Shown one piece after another: positions 7,444-16,199 of a DNA stretch of 31,877 nt; within the stretch, counting starts at the first letter, position 1; each line of letters starts with the position of its first letter. Origin of the DNA: a virus. The position numbers were made by a program, and so were the translations under genes. The DNA lies in the IMG/VR virus record IMGVR_UViG_3300013947_000014, positions 1-31,877 of that record, one strand, 5' to 3'. The notes beneath the pieces are model-generated. The model saw only the letters and a list, made by a program, of their open reading frames with translations. It did not search any database and was not told the origin of the DNA.

Positions 7444-8471
7444 TGAGCGACAGAAGAATGTTTTCCAGCAGGGTCATAAACTCTGCCAAGTTCCTTAAGA
7501 TGCCACTTTCCACTCAAGCCTTGTATTTCCATCTTGGCATGAGAGCTGATGATGATGGAGTAGTTGAAGCTTTTTCTGTAATGCGTTCGACAGGAGCCAA
7601 CGAGGATGACTTGAGAATCCTTGTCAGCAAGGGCTTTGTCATCATCCTCAATGAGGATCTTGTTTGCTATATCGCTGACTGGAACGAGAACAATCTCATA
7701 AGGCCTGACAGGAAGAAGGACAGCATATACCAAGAGCTGTTGATAAAGGTTGTCCCAGACGTTGAGCTTGTCGAGATGAGGAAGAGGGCTTCTAAGAAGA
7801 AGGAAGAAAAAGAAGCTGAGATTGATACATCAGATGATGGAGAAACAGCGATTTCGGAGTCTTCAGAATATCCGCAAATATTTGATGGACGTCCAATGGA
7901 CAACCAATGGACAACCAATGGACGTCCAATGGACAACCAATGGACAACCAATGGCCCGGCAATGGCCCGCCTAAGTAAAGATAAGTTAATAAAAGAAAGT
8001 ATCCCTCTTATAAATAAGAGTGATACCAAAGAAAAGCCACAAAATGAGTGTCAAAATGCTGATTTTCCTGTAGAAACGGCTGAAAATACCGAGAAAAACA
8101 AAGCAATTGACTACAACGAGGTCTTCAACGCTTACCACAGCACATGCAAGGCTCTTCCACAAGTCAAGGTCTATTCGCAAGAGAGAAAGGCTGCAATCAA
8201 ATCCAGGATTGTCGAGTTTGGAAAAGAAAAGCTTTTTGAAGTTTTCAAGCTTGTCAACGATTCTGATTTTCTCTCAGGCAGATCGGAGAACTCATTCAAG
8301 GGAACTTCATTCGACTGGATTCTAAAGCGGGGCAACTTCATAAAGGTCCTTGAGGGCAATTACGACAACTCCAGATTCGCAAGGGCGTCTCCAGCGAACA
8401 AGCAACGCACAGGCCATGATGGCTTCAAGACCGATTACGGAAAAGACAAGTTCGAGGAGATTTCGCTATGA
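7443..8471 (+). CDS. Phage replisome organiser (SPP1 G38P-type N-terminal domain)
   Basis: TAATG overlap with the upstream gene. The N-terminus MFSSRVINSAKFLKMPLSTQALYFHLGMRADDDGVVE fits the Phage_rep_org_N pattern. The gene contains an internal iteron array. Confidence 0.65.
   Translation: MSDRRMFSSRVINSAKFLKMPLSTQALYFHLGMRADDDGVVEAFSVMRSTGANEDDLRILVSKGFVIILNEDLVCYIADWNENNLIRPDRKKDSIYQELLIKVVPDVELVEMRKRASKKKEEKEAEIDTSDDGETAISESSEYPQIFDGRPMDNQWTTNGRPMDNQWTTNGPAMARLSKDKLIKESIPLINKSDTKEKPQNECQNADFPVETAENTEKNKAIDYNEVFNAYHSTCKALPQVKVYSQERKAAIKSRIVEFGKEKLFEVFKLVNDSDFLSGRSENSFKGTSFDWILKRGNFIKVLEGNYDNSRFARASPANKQRTGHDGFKTDYGKDKFEEISL
7885..7971 (+). repeat. Iteron array (candidate replication origin) inside the replisome-organiser gene
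   Basis: The 33-nt unit atggacgtccaatggacaaccaatggacaacca occurs twice (7885-7917 and 7918-7950). Each unit consists of three 11-nt ccaatggac(aa/gt) subrepeats. Two degenerate copies follow: atggcccggca and atggcccgcc. Confidence 0.6.
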
Positions 8472-9229
8472 CAGCAAAGACATTGACATCACCAATCAAG
8501 GCTATCACTTGGGACTTCTACAAGAAGGGAGCGATAGAGGCTGGCTACGACTGGAATTCGATGTCCGATGAAGACAAGGACGCTTACATCAATGCCAAGC
8601 GACAGAGCATGGTGCAAGAAAGCAAGAGGCGAACAGCGATGGAGATTGAAGCGGAGGAGAGAAGAGCCAAAATCGAGAGGGAACGCAAGATCAACAGTGA
8701 GCTTATGAGATTTGAGCTTGTTGTCCCTAAAAGGTATCTTTCGGCAAAAATCAGCGACTTCTCTGAAAAGAATCCAGTTGTTGCGCATATCCTTGGCGGT
8801 GGTAGCTGTCTTCTCACAGGTTTGCCAGGAATCGGGAAAACGCATCTGATCTGGGCGCTTGTCCGGGAGATGATTATGAGAGGTGCATTGGTTGATGATT
8901 TCCTTGTCATCAATCTTCAGGATCTTGTTTGCGACATCAAGGAGAACGGCGGTTCCAACTGGGCTAGGTACACGAAGTCGAAGTACGGCAAGTTCAAAAG
9001 GCTGTTCATCGATGAGTTTGACAAAACGTATGGAAGCCTGTCGGACTACACAATCATCTCCGATCTTGTCTCGTATCGTTATGACAATCTTCTTTCGACA
9101 GTGATAGCTGGAAACGGTGAGACTGAGGTTGCGTTGGACATCCTGGGCTCAGCTGTTTTCTCAAGGCTTACAGGCAGATCTGATGGCGGGGCATATTTCC
9201 CGCTCAAGGGCGAGGACAGGAGGAAGTGA
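8468..9229 (+). CDS. DnaC/IstB-like AAA+ helicase loader
   Basis: ATGA overlap with the upstream gene. Walker A is GLPGIGKTH and Walker B is RLFIDEFD. Confidence 0.75.
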   Translation: MTAKTLTSPIKAITWDFYKKGAIEAGYDWNSMSDEDKDAYINAKRQSMVQESKRRTAMEIEAEERRAKIERERKINSELMRFELVVPKRYLSAKISDFSEKNPVVAHILGGGSCLLTGLPGIGKTHLIWALVREMIMRGALVDDFLVINLQDLVCDIKENGGSNWARYTKSKYGKFKRLFIDEFDKTYGSLSDYTIISDLVSYRYDNLLSTVIAGNGETEVALDILGSAVFSRLTGRSDGGAYFPLKGEDRRK

Positions 9230-9681
9230 TGAAAAGCATCCTCCAAAAGCACAAGAGATGCTTCGTATGCGGAAAGACAGAGAACCTTGAATGTCATCAC
9301 ATCTTTTACGGAACAGCATTCAGGCATCTGTCCGAGAGATACGGCTTGAAGGTTTGGCTATGCGAGGAGCATCACAGAGGGAATAGCGGTGTTCATGGAA
9401 GGAACAGGGATTTGGGATTGAGGCTGATGAGGCTGGCTCAAAGGAAATTCGAGGAGAAGTATTCGAGAGCTGAATTCATGCGTCTCTTTAAGAGGAACAG
9501 GCTGAATGAGGATAAAGAGGTGGTTAAGGAAGATTCTAGGACAATGCAAGTTTCGGAAGGTGTTGATAACGCTGCTGTTTTTGGCTCCGATTGCAATGTT
9601 CCTGGCTGGGATCTGGATGGTGAAGGGAGCGATGGATGGAAATATCGGACAACTGGAAAAACCTCGCATCGAAAGTATTGA
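9229..9681 (+). CDS. Zinc-finger / HNH-like phage protein of unknown role
   Basis: Motif C-x2-C...HH...C-x2-HH in CFVCGKTENLECHHIFYG...WLCEEHHRGNSGVHG. AGGAGGAAG RBS. Translationally coupled to the upstream gene. Confidence 0.55.
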   Translation: MKSILQKHKRCFVCGKTENLECHHIFYGTAFRHLSERYGLKVWLCEEHHRGNSGVHGRNRDLGLRLMRLAQRKFEEKYSRAEFMRLFKRNRLNEDKEVVKEDSRTMQVSEGVDNAAVFGSDCNVPGWDLDGEGSDGWKYRTTGKTSHRKY

Positions 9682-9854
9682 TCGGAGGCTTGAATGAAGC
9701 TCGGAGAGGAGAAGTGGAAGGTGTTGCCGAATTTATAGGAGGAGACATGTTTGACGTATTTTGCTCTGTAGCTGGCATTGATAAGCAAAGATACAAGATT
9801 TGTTGCATGAGAGCCTTGTCTGAATATGCATCGAAGGAGGATGGGAAAAGATGA
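9636..9854 (+). CDS. Hypothetical early protein
   Basis: ORF in the co-directional gene train. The start is uncertain because it overlaps the upstream gene by 46 nt. Confidence 0.35.
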   Translation: MEISDNWKNLASKVLIGGLNEARRGEVEGVAEFIGGDMFDVFCSVAGIDKQRYKICCMRALSEYASKEDGKR

Positions 9855-10138
9855 AAGAAGAATTTAAGGAATTAGCAAAGAAGCTGATAGAAAGCGATCT
9901 ATCTGAGAAAGGGCTAATGATAAGTTTCAAGAAAGGAAGGATAAGTCTTTCTGATGAGACTTTTAATTCGATATGGATTTCAAAAGAGAATGTGTTCATG
10001 TCCAGAAAATACCTTTTGATGATTCTAGGCCCGGAAAACCAAAGTTTGGAATCAAAGTGGATGGATGAGTTGCCAAGTCTGGATGAATTTCTAACGCTTG
10101 TTCAAGAGCATATCCTAGGTAGAGAAAAACATGAATGA
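9851..10138 (+). CDS. Hypothetical early protein
   Basis: AGGAGG upstream and ATGA-type overlap with its neighbours. Confidence 0.5.
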   Translation: MKEEFKELAKKLIESDLSEKGLMISFKKGRISLSDETFNSIWISKENVFMSRKYLLMILGPENQSLESKWMDELPSLDEFLTLVQEHILGREKHE

Positions 10139-10436
10139 TTTCAGGAAGTTTGCGATTGAGCTGATAGAGTTGTATGAATACACAGACATCACGATTGCTG
10201 TGAACAACAAGGAGCTTGTACTGAAGGCTCCTACACAAATGAATTCGATTACATATTTGAGCATAAGCAAGTTCGAAGATGAGTATCGGACACATGTCCA
10301 AAGGTATTCGTTCGACAACAAGTGTTCAAACATGTTCTATATGCACCAGCGGGAGTTTCCAATCAAGGCTTTCATAATGGGCTTGGCGAGGGAATACCTA
10401 AGCAAGCAAGACATTTCATCATTGGAGGAGAAATGA
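10131..10436 (+). CDS. Hypothetical early protein
   Basis: Tightly packed co-directional ORF of 101 aa. Confidence 0.5.
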   Translation: MNDFRKFAIELIELYEYTDITIAVNNKELVLKAPTQMNSITYLSISKFEDEYRTHVQRYSFDNKCSNMFYMHQREFPIKAFIMGLAREYLSKQDISSLEEK

Positions 10437-10724
10437 ATGGAAAAACATGAAACAACATACACAGCAGAACAAGTTGCCCTGAGAGAGCTTGCTGTACTTG
10501 CCTGTGATGCATTCGACAACTATTGCAGCGATTTTGATGGGAGACGTTATTGCAAGTTCGAATCAAGGTGCAAAAAGATTGCTGAGATTGCTGGAGTGTC
10601 GCTTAATGCAATCAAAGAGGCGCTTGCTGTTATTTCAAATGACAGCTCATATGATTTTCGTTTAGGCCAGCTTCGTGCTTTGGGCGTTGACTTAGGAGCA
10701 AAGCCGGCAGGGGATTTTATGTGA
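10437..10724 (+). CDS. Hypothetical early protein
   Basis: GGAGG RBS. 95 aa. Starts 1 nt after the upstream stop. Confidence 0.5.
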   Translation: MEKHETTYTAEQVALRELAVLACDAFDNYCSDFDGRRYCKFESRCKKIAEIAGVSLNAIKEALAVISNDSSYDFRLGQLRALGVDLGAKPAGDFM

Positions 10725-10826
10725 TTTCAGAAGAGCAATACAAGGAAATCAGGGAAAGAGTGATGGCTTCTCTTTCTGATGAAGAGAAGCTTCTTCTCGA
10801 GAGACTTGAGATGGATAAGGACAAAT

Positions 10827-11009
10827 ATGGGGAATGCACAGCCGGTATTGATAATCACGACAAAGAATGTGGTCCGTTATGAATCAATAACGGAAGCAAG
10901 CCGTGCAATCAGCATTTCCAAGCAAAGGCTTATCCGTGCACTAGAAAGCGATGATGGCGAGATCAAGGGAATCAAACCAAGAATGTACATCGATTATGCC
11001 ATCGATTGA
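10827..11009 (+). CDS. Small NUMOD1-like HTH protein
   Basis: MGNAQPVLIITTKNVVRYESITEASRAISISKQRLIRAL fits the NUMOD1 pattern (x-Y/F-x-S-x-x-E-A-x-R-x-x-x-I-S). An alternative 53-aa GTG ORF at 10721..10882 in another frame overlaps it, so the two may be one frameshifted gene. Confidence 0.4.
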   Translation: MGNAQPVLIITTKNVVRYESITEASRAISISKQRLIRALESDDGEIKGIKPRMYIDYAID

Positions 11010-11024
11010 TAGGGCAATGTTCCA

Positions 11025-11052
11025 GTGGTACGTTTTGCGGACCACGTATGTT
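11025..11052 (+). promoter_or_regulatory. Conserved 28-nt hairpin element, copy A (upstream of the packaging module)
   Basis: gtggtacgttttgcggaccacgtatgtt matches 30577-30604 at 26 of 28 positions. It contains the imperfect hairpin gtggtacg/tttt/gcggaccac. In this copy a run of eight T (11051-11058) begins within the last two nt of the element. Confidence 0.4.
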
Positions 11053-11086
11053 TTTTTTAAGTTTGGGAGGTTTTAAACTGATTGAC

Positions 11087-11512
11087 ATGGAGACAAGAGC
11101 GTTCAAAAAGAGATGCAAGACTGTGGGATGTCCCAATTTGCACAATAACAAGAATGGCTATTGCAATGAATGCAATGCCAAGTATTATGCAACTCATCCC
11201 AGTCGCTATGAAAAGACAAGACCAAGCTCTGTAGAGCGGGGCTACGATTCGAGGTGGCACAAATTTGCAAAGAACTTTCTGAAGGACCATCCGGTTTGCG
11301 CTATGTGCGGCGCTCCAGCACAATGCGTTGACCACAAGGATATCCCAGCTGATGTGATGATGTCGGTCTATGGGGAATTCGATTTGGATCCAGTCCACTA
11401 TCAAGCTCTCTGCTCCAGATGCAATACGATAAAGGGACGGTACGAGGACAAGAGAGCAAGGGAATCTTATGAGCGTGACAAGAAATGGATTGAGACCCAG
11501 GGGGAGGGGTAA
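11087..11512 (+). CDS. HNH endonuclease (terminase-associated)
   Basis: RGYDSRWHKFAKNFLKDHPVCAMCG...VDHK...QALCSRCNTIKG is an HNH/zinc-finger pattern. It lies immediately upstream of TerS/TerL, as in HK97-like cos phages. Confidence 0.8.
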   Translation: METRAFKKRCKTVGCPNLHNNKNGYCNECNAKYYATHPSRYEKTRPSSVERGYDSRWHKFAKNFLKDHPVCAMCGAPAQCVDHKDIPADVMMSVYGEFDLDPVHYQALCSRCNTIKGRYEDKRARESYERDKKWIETQGEG

Positions 11513-11588
11513 AAAAACCAGCTGGGGTATTAACCCGTCCAGTTTAGCTTTTTCACACACACGAAGGTTTTTTAATGAGGGTAAGGAA

Positions 11589-11933
11589 ATGTCAACAGCA
11601 AAAACAAATAGTATCTTGAAAGCAGCACCTGAATGTCCCAAGTCGCTCACAGGCCTTGCAGCCTTGCATTGGAGGGAATATGTTCCTCTTCTTTGCAAAG
11701 ACAAAGTCGTATGCAAGGTGGATATCCCTGTATTGATAATGGCTTGCCAGTGCTATGAGTTGTCCCAGACAGCAGATAAGCCAGCAGAGCGCTACAAGGC
11801 TCAGTCCCAATACATCTCAATCATGTCCAAGTTCGGAGCAACCTACAAAGCAAGAGTCCAATTGGAGATGGACAACAAGGCAAAGCCTGAGGTAAAGAGC
11901 GAGGCAGACGATAATTTCATGGAGTACAGATAA
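11589..11933 (+). CDS. terS: Terminase small subunit, P27 family
   Basis: AAGGAA RBS. The N-terminal pattern KAAPECPKSLTGLAALHWREYVPLLCKDKVVCKVDIPVLIMACQCYE fits P27-type TerS. TAATG overlap with TerL. Confidence 0.65.
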   Translation: MSTAKTNSILKAAPECPKSLTGLAALHWREYVPLLCKDKVVCKVDIPVLIMACQCYELSQTADKPAERYKAQSQYISIMSKFGATYKARVQLEMDNKAKPEVKSEADDNFMEYR

Positions 11934-13645
11934 TGGCAACAAAGACACAGGTACAGAGGATAGCCGATTATTACAAACAAGCCATCAGAAGATATGAAGA
12001 TGCTGTGCTCTCTGGCAAGCGCATGGCAAGCCTTGCCGAGAGGCAGAAAGTCAAGAGGCATCTTGATGACTTGCAAAATGGTGTCCCTGGATTTGTATTT
12101 GATCTCAATATTGGCATAAGGCCTCTTGTATGGATAGCTGTCAATCTGCGTTTTCCTCTCGGTGAGAGAATTGGAAAGAGCTTGCAACTTGCTGACTGGG
12201 AGGCTTGGGATATCTCTGTATTGTTTGGATGGGTCAAGGAAAACAAGCCATCCGAGAGACGTTTTGTTGATGCTTATATCGAGGTTGCAAGAAAGAATGG
12301 TAAGAGTACATTCGCAGGAGCGATATTGGACTATCTTGCATTCGGAGAGCGTGATGGAGTCAATTGCTATATTGCAGCTACATCGCTTGACCAGGCTGAG
12401 GAATGCTTTCTAAGAGCGGGGCGTGCCTTGAAGCTTGCAAAAGGTGCAACTGTGAGGATGGCAAATTCCAAGAACAACAAGCAGATCAACTGGAAGAACA
12501 GCATGATCAGGGCTATTGCATCAGAGCCAAAGGATGGAAAGCTTGCTTATGGCACTATCATAGACGAGTATCATCAGCATAAGAGCAATGACCTTATCGA
12601 TTCAATCAAGAGTGGAAACGTATCAGATCTGCCATCGCTTCTTCTAAGAATCACAACAGCTGGGACTGAGCTCAATGGTGTATGCCATGAAGAGTATGAG
12701 CAATGCAAGCGCATTCTCTCTGGAGATGCGAGTGTCACAAGGTATTTCATCTCGATCTATGAGATGGATCCAACGGATGATGTTGCAGATAAGAGAAATT
12801 GGGAGAAGGCCAATCCGAATCTTGGCATAAGCACAGATTTGGAGAAAATTGAAGCAAATTATGAGAAGGCAAAGCTCTCTGCTCCTGATTTCATAACCTT
12901 CAAAACCAAGAACCTCAATATGTGGTGCCACAGCCTTGCCAAGTGGGCAAACATGCCTATCTGGCTAGAGAAGTGTACATGGAAGATTGATGAATCATTG
13001 CTCAAGGGAAGACGGTGCTATGGAGGCTTGGACTTGTCCAGCGTTTCGGACTTCACAGCTTTCACTATGGATTTTCCGATGCCAGATGGCAAGCATGTGC
13101 AACTTTCGCATTTCTGGATCGCGTACAACATGAAGGACCAGATAGCAAGGCAATGTAACATACCAATCGACAGGTGGATAGAAGAAGGTTGGGTTACAGC
13201 AACGCCAGGGGATGTTATCGACTACACATATGTATGCGACTACTTGAATGAATGCTATTGCGACTATCGTCTTATGTTTATCGGTGCAGATAGATGGAGG
13301 CTTGAGGATTTGAAACGAATAATGCCTCCTTGGTTCGTGGATGTCGCATATGAGTTTGGACAAGGAATGAAGTCGATGAGCCCATCAATAGAGTTCTTTG
13401 AGCGAAATTATCTGGAGGGCACAGTTGGCGACAATGGCAATGAGGTTATCGACTGGATGATGAGCTGTGCTGAAATCTTCCAAGACTCGGCTGGCAATGT
13501 GAAGCTTGTTAAGCCAAAGAGAGCAAAATCAGGAGCTCGAATAGATGGAGTCATTACATCTGTCATGGCTCTCGATGTTGCCAGAGCACAGGGAGAAAAC
13601 AGCATCTCTGATGATGATATAGAACGTATGGTGTCGTTTATTTAG
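11933..13645 (+). CDS. terL: Terminase large subunit
   Basis: 570 aa. Walker-A-like VARKNGKSTFAG. Located between TerS and the portal. Confidence 0.85.
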   Translation: MATKTQVQRIADYYKQAIRRYEDAVLSGKRMASLAERQKVKRHLDDLQNGVPGFVFDLNIGIRPLVWIAVNLRFPLGERIGKSLQLADWEAWDISVLFGWVKENKPSERRFVDAYIEVARKNGKSTFAGAILDYLAFGERDGVNCYIAATSLDQAEECFLRAGRALKLAKGATVRMANSKNNKQINWKNSMIRAIASEPKDGKLAYGTIIDEYHQHKSNDLIDSIKSGNVSDLPSLLLRITTAGTELNGVCHEEYEQCKRILSGDASVTRYFISIYEMDPTDDVADKRNWEKANPNLGISTDLEKIEANYEKAKLSAPDFITFKTKNLNMWCHSLAKWANMPIWLEKCTWKIDESLLKGRRCYGGLDLSSVSDFTAFTMDFPMPDGKHVQLSHFWIAYNMKDQIARQCNIPIDRWIEEGWVTATPGDVIDYTYVCDYLNECYCDYRLMFIGADRWRLEDLKRIMPPWFVDVAYEFGQGMKSMSPSIEFFERNYLEGTVGDNGNEVIDWMMSCAEIFQDSAGNVKLVKPKRAKSGARIDGVITSVMALDVARAQGENSISDDDIERMVSFI

Positions 13646-13653
13646 GTGGGATT

Positions 13654-15582
13654 ATGAGATTGAGAGAGTTCTTTAAAATACAGACGAAAAAGAAGGAAGA
13701 GGCATTTGCAATAGAAGGCTATGGCTCTGCCTTGACTTTGCAAACATTGCCTGATTCGCTGTCCAACTCGAATTTCTGGAGCTGTGTTGTAAACCTTTCG
13801 CGTCTTTATGCAACGCTTCCTTTGCATGCATACCAGACAGAGAAGAATGGCTCATCGAAGCAAATGGATGATGAGAGGTTGCTGTCAAAGCTTCTTTCGT
13901 CTCCGTGCCCAAACATGAATGCTTATCAATGGAGATTCATAATGGGTTTCAATTTCGAGATGCATGGCTTGGCTTTGGCAATCATTGAGAGATCAAGAAG
14001 CGGTCTTCCGATTCAGCTCTATCCTGTTTCACCATCAGTTATGCTTGGCCACTGGAAGGATGGAGAGCTGTACTTCATGCACACAACCACTGGAACCGAC
14101 TATCCATCAAAGGATGTATTGCAACTGTACAATACGCCAACAGGCTATGGAACTGTCCTCTCTCCATTGAAATATGCAAAGGATGATCTAGAGCTTGAGC
14201 AGCAATGCAAGAGGATGCAAAGCGAATACTACAATGGCGGTTCTGTCATTGGAAAGATCATCAAGGTGCCAGCCAATTTCAATGATGAGCAAATGGATAA
14301 GGTCAAGGCGAAGTTCGATTCAGCAAAGGGCTACAGGAATATCGTTGTAAATGAGAGAATGTCGGTTGACCAGATACAGATTCCTACATCCGATATCTCT
14401 AAGCTTACAGAGGCTCAAAAATGGTCATCATCCGAGGTTGCAAGAAGATTCAATGTTCCTCTTTTCTTCCTGGGCGATTCATCTGTCACATATGGGAATG
14501 CTGAGCAACAAGGCTTGCAAATGGTTATATATTGCTTGAATCCCAGAGTCAAGGCATGGGAGATGGCATTCAAGTCATCGATATGCCAGCAAGGGCAGTA
14601 TATCAAGTTCTCTCTCGAGGGGCTGATGAGAGGTGATCATGCTGCACGTTCAGCTTTTTACCATAATGCAATCATGGATGGCTGGATGAGCATAAATGAA
14701 GTCAGAGCCAAGGAGGACCTTGCTCCAATTGATGATGGAGACACGCATTTCTTCCCGATGAACTATGCATCTGTCAAGGATATTGCTTCAGGCAAATATG
14801 CATCTACCGGTGGCAATGCTTGGGATGTCCCAACAGAGGAAAAGACAAAGAAAGAGATGTCATTGCAAGAAAAAAAACTTCATGACATTGCTTATGTTGA
14901 GGAGGCTACAGCTCCAGCAAGAAATTCAAGAGCAAAGCTACAAGCTCTGGTAAGAAAGCAACTCAAGGCAGAGATAAAGAAAATGAGGGAGCTTATAGCT
15001 ACAGGACAGCCTGTTGACCATATCCTCTCTGATTTTACCAAGTGGCTCCAAGACAATGCCAAGGAGATGCAACCACAGTACAAGGCTATCTATCTTGATG
15101 TGTTGAAGAGAATGGTTCCAGTTGTTGCCAAGGAAGTAGGAACGAAGCAGGAAGTAGACGATGGAAAGCTTGACGATTTTGCATCCGCCTATTCGACAAG
15201 CCTTGTATCGAGGCACCAAGGACAAGTCTATAAGGCATTGTCTCCAACTGTCGGGACAGAGGATTTTGACCAAGCGTGCACAGATTTGCAAGATGATCTT
15301 CCAGTAACAACCGCTGAGGAGGAAGTGAACAGGAGCTCAAATGCATTCTCTGTCTTCATCTATGGAGCTTTAAATGTGCAATACATGCATGTCGTGGCAT
15401 CTCCTGATGCTTGTCCATTTTGCTCTAAGCTCGATAGGAAGGTTGTATCAGTCGATGGCTATTTTTTGCAAAAAGGAACCGATGAGGATGATGGTGAAGG
15501 CGGAGTAAGACATATCCAGAAGAACTATAGGCATCCGCCATTCCATAGCCATTGCTCATGCAGTGTAGCACCAGGGAAATAG
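13654..15582 (+). CDS. Portal protein (HK97 type) fused to a C-terminal MuF / SPP1 gp7-like minor head domain
   Basis: 642 aa, directly after TerL. The last ~100 aa, EEEVNRSSNAFSVFIYGALNVQYMHVVASPDACPFCSKLDRKVV...HPPFHSHCSCSVAP, match the MuF/gp7 signature (x-C-x2-C-x-x-L-D-G-K ... PP-x-H-x-x-C-x-C). Confidence 0.75.
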   Translation: MRLREFFKIQTKKKEEAFAIEGYGSALTLQTLPDSLSNSNFWSCVVNLSRLYATLPLHAYQTEKNGSSKQMDDERLLSKLLSSPCPNMNAYQWRFIMGFNFEMHGLALAIIERSRSGLPIQLYPVSPSVMLGHWKDGELYFMHTTTGTDYPSKDVLQLYNTPTGYGTVLSPLKYAKDDLELEQQCKRMQSEYYNGGSVIGKIIKVPANFNDEQMDKVKAKFDSAKGYRNIVVNERMSVDQIQIPTSDISKLTEAQKWSSSEVARRFNVPLFFLGDSSVTYGNAEQQGLQMVIYCLNPRVKAWEMAFKSSICQQGQYIKFSLEGLMRGDHAARSAFYHNAIMDGWMSINEVRAKEDLAPIDDGDTHFFPMNYASVKDIASGKYASTGGNAWDVPTEEKTKKEMSLQEKKLHDIAYVEEATAPARNSRAKLQALVRKQLKAEIKKMRELIATGQPVDHILSDFTKWLQDNAKEMQPQYKAIYLDVLKRMVPVVAKEVGTKQEVDDGKLDDFASAYSTSLVSRHQGQVYKALSPTVGTEDFDQACTDLQDDLPVTTAEEEVNRSSNAFSVFIYGALNVQYMHVVASPDACPFCSKLDRKVVSVDGYFLQKGTDEDDGEGGVRHIQKNYRHPPFHSHCSCSVAPGK

Positions 15583-15590
15583 GAGTAGAT

Positions 15591-16199
15591 ATGAAAAAGA
15601 AGCTAGTTGAAAGTTTTTATCTTCCACCAAGGAAGATCGAGGAAAAAGACGGAGATGGAAAATGGAAGGCTCCGGTATGGAATCTTGATGCTGTCAATCT
15701 CAATGGAAGGATTTATCCGTATGAGCTTGCGGAGAGAATCGTGAAGGAGAATCCAGCGACTATCGCAAACGATGGCCATGAATCTGATTGGAGGGCAGGA
15801 ACTGAATACAGCGGAGCTGTTGCTATTTGCAAGAATCCAAGGATAGAGAACAACCAGCTATGGGTCGATATCGAGTTCATAGATGAAGCGTATGAGAAGA
15901 AATTGAATATCATCGCATCGAAAGGCATACAGATAGGCGTGAGCAGTGTCGGCTACGGCGAGGTTGATGATAATGGAAGAATAGTTCCAGAGAGCTATGA
16001 GCTTATAAGGTTCTTGGATTTTGTTACAAGCCCTGCTGGACTGGTATATGCAACAAAGGAAGAAGAGGAAGCTGACAAGCAAAAAGAAAAGCGTGAGGAA
16101 TCAATGGAGGAGGCACGTGCGAAGGCAATGGCTGAACGCAGAAACAAGCTTGCTGGCAGACTTTCAAGATATTTAGGAGGGAAAAACTATGTTAACTAA
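15591..16199 (+). CDS. Prohead serine protease with a scaffold-like charged C-terminus
   Basis: AGGAG RBS. Located between portal and capsid genes. Has DGHESD and IGVSSVGYG motifs plus a Lys/Glu-rich tail. Confidence 0.65.
   Translation: MKKKLVESFYLPPRKIEEKDGDGKWKAPVWNLDAVNLNGRIYPYELAERIVKENPATIANDGHESDWRAGTEYSGAVAICKNPRIENNQLWVDIEFIDEAYEKKLNIIASKGIQIGVSSVGYGEVDDNGRIVPESYELIRFLDFVTSPAGLVYATKEEEEADKQKEKREESMEEARAKAMAERRNKLAGRLSRYLGGKNYVN

Noticed and set aside
7885-7971. Tandem repeats considered as a CRISPR array
   Set aside because: The units are contiguous with no spacers, only 11/33 nt long, and lie within a coding sequence. This is consistent with iterons, not CRISPR.
11025-11052. The 28-nt element as a dif-like Xer site
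   Set aside because: Its length (28 nt) and a tatgtt segment loosely recall dif. The arms do not match any dif consensus I know, and the two copies are in direct orientation 19.5 kb apart. It is kept only as an unexplained conserved element.
11057-11716. 219-aa minus-strand ORF
   Set aside because: It is antisense to the well-supported HNH and TerS genes. No motif or RBS was seen.
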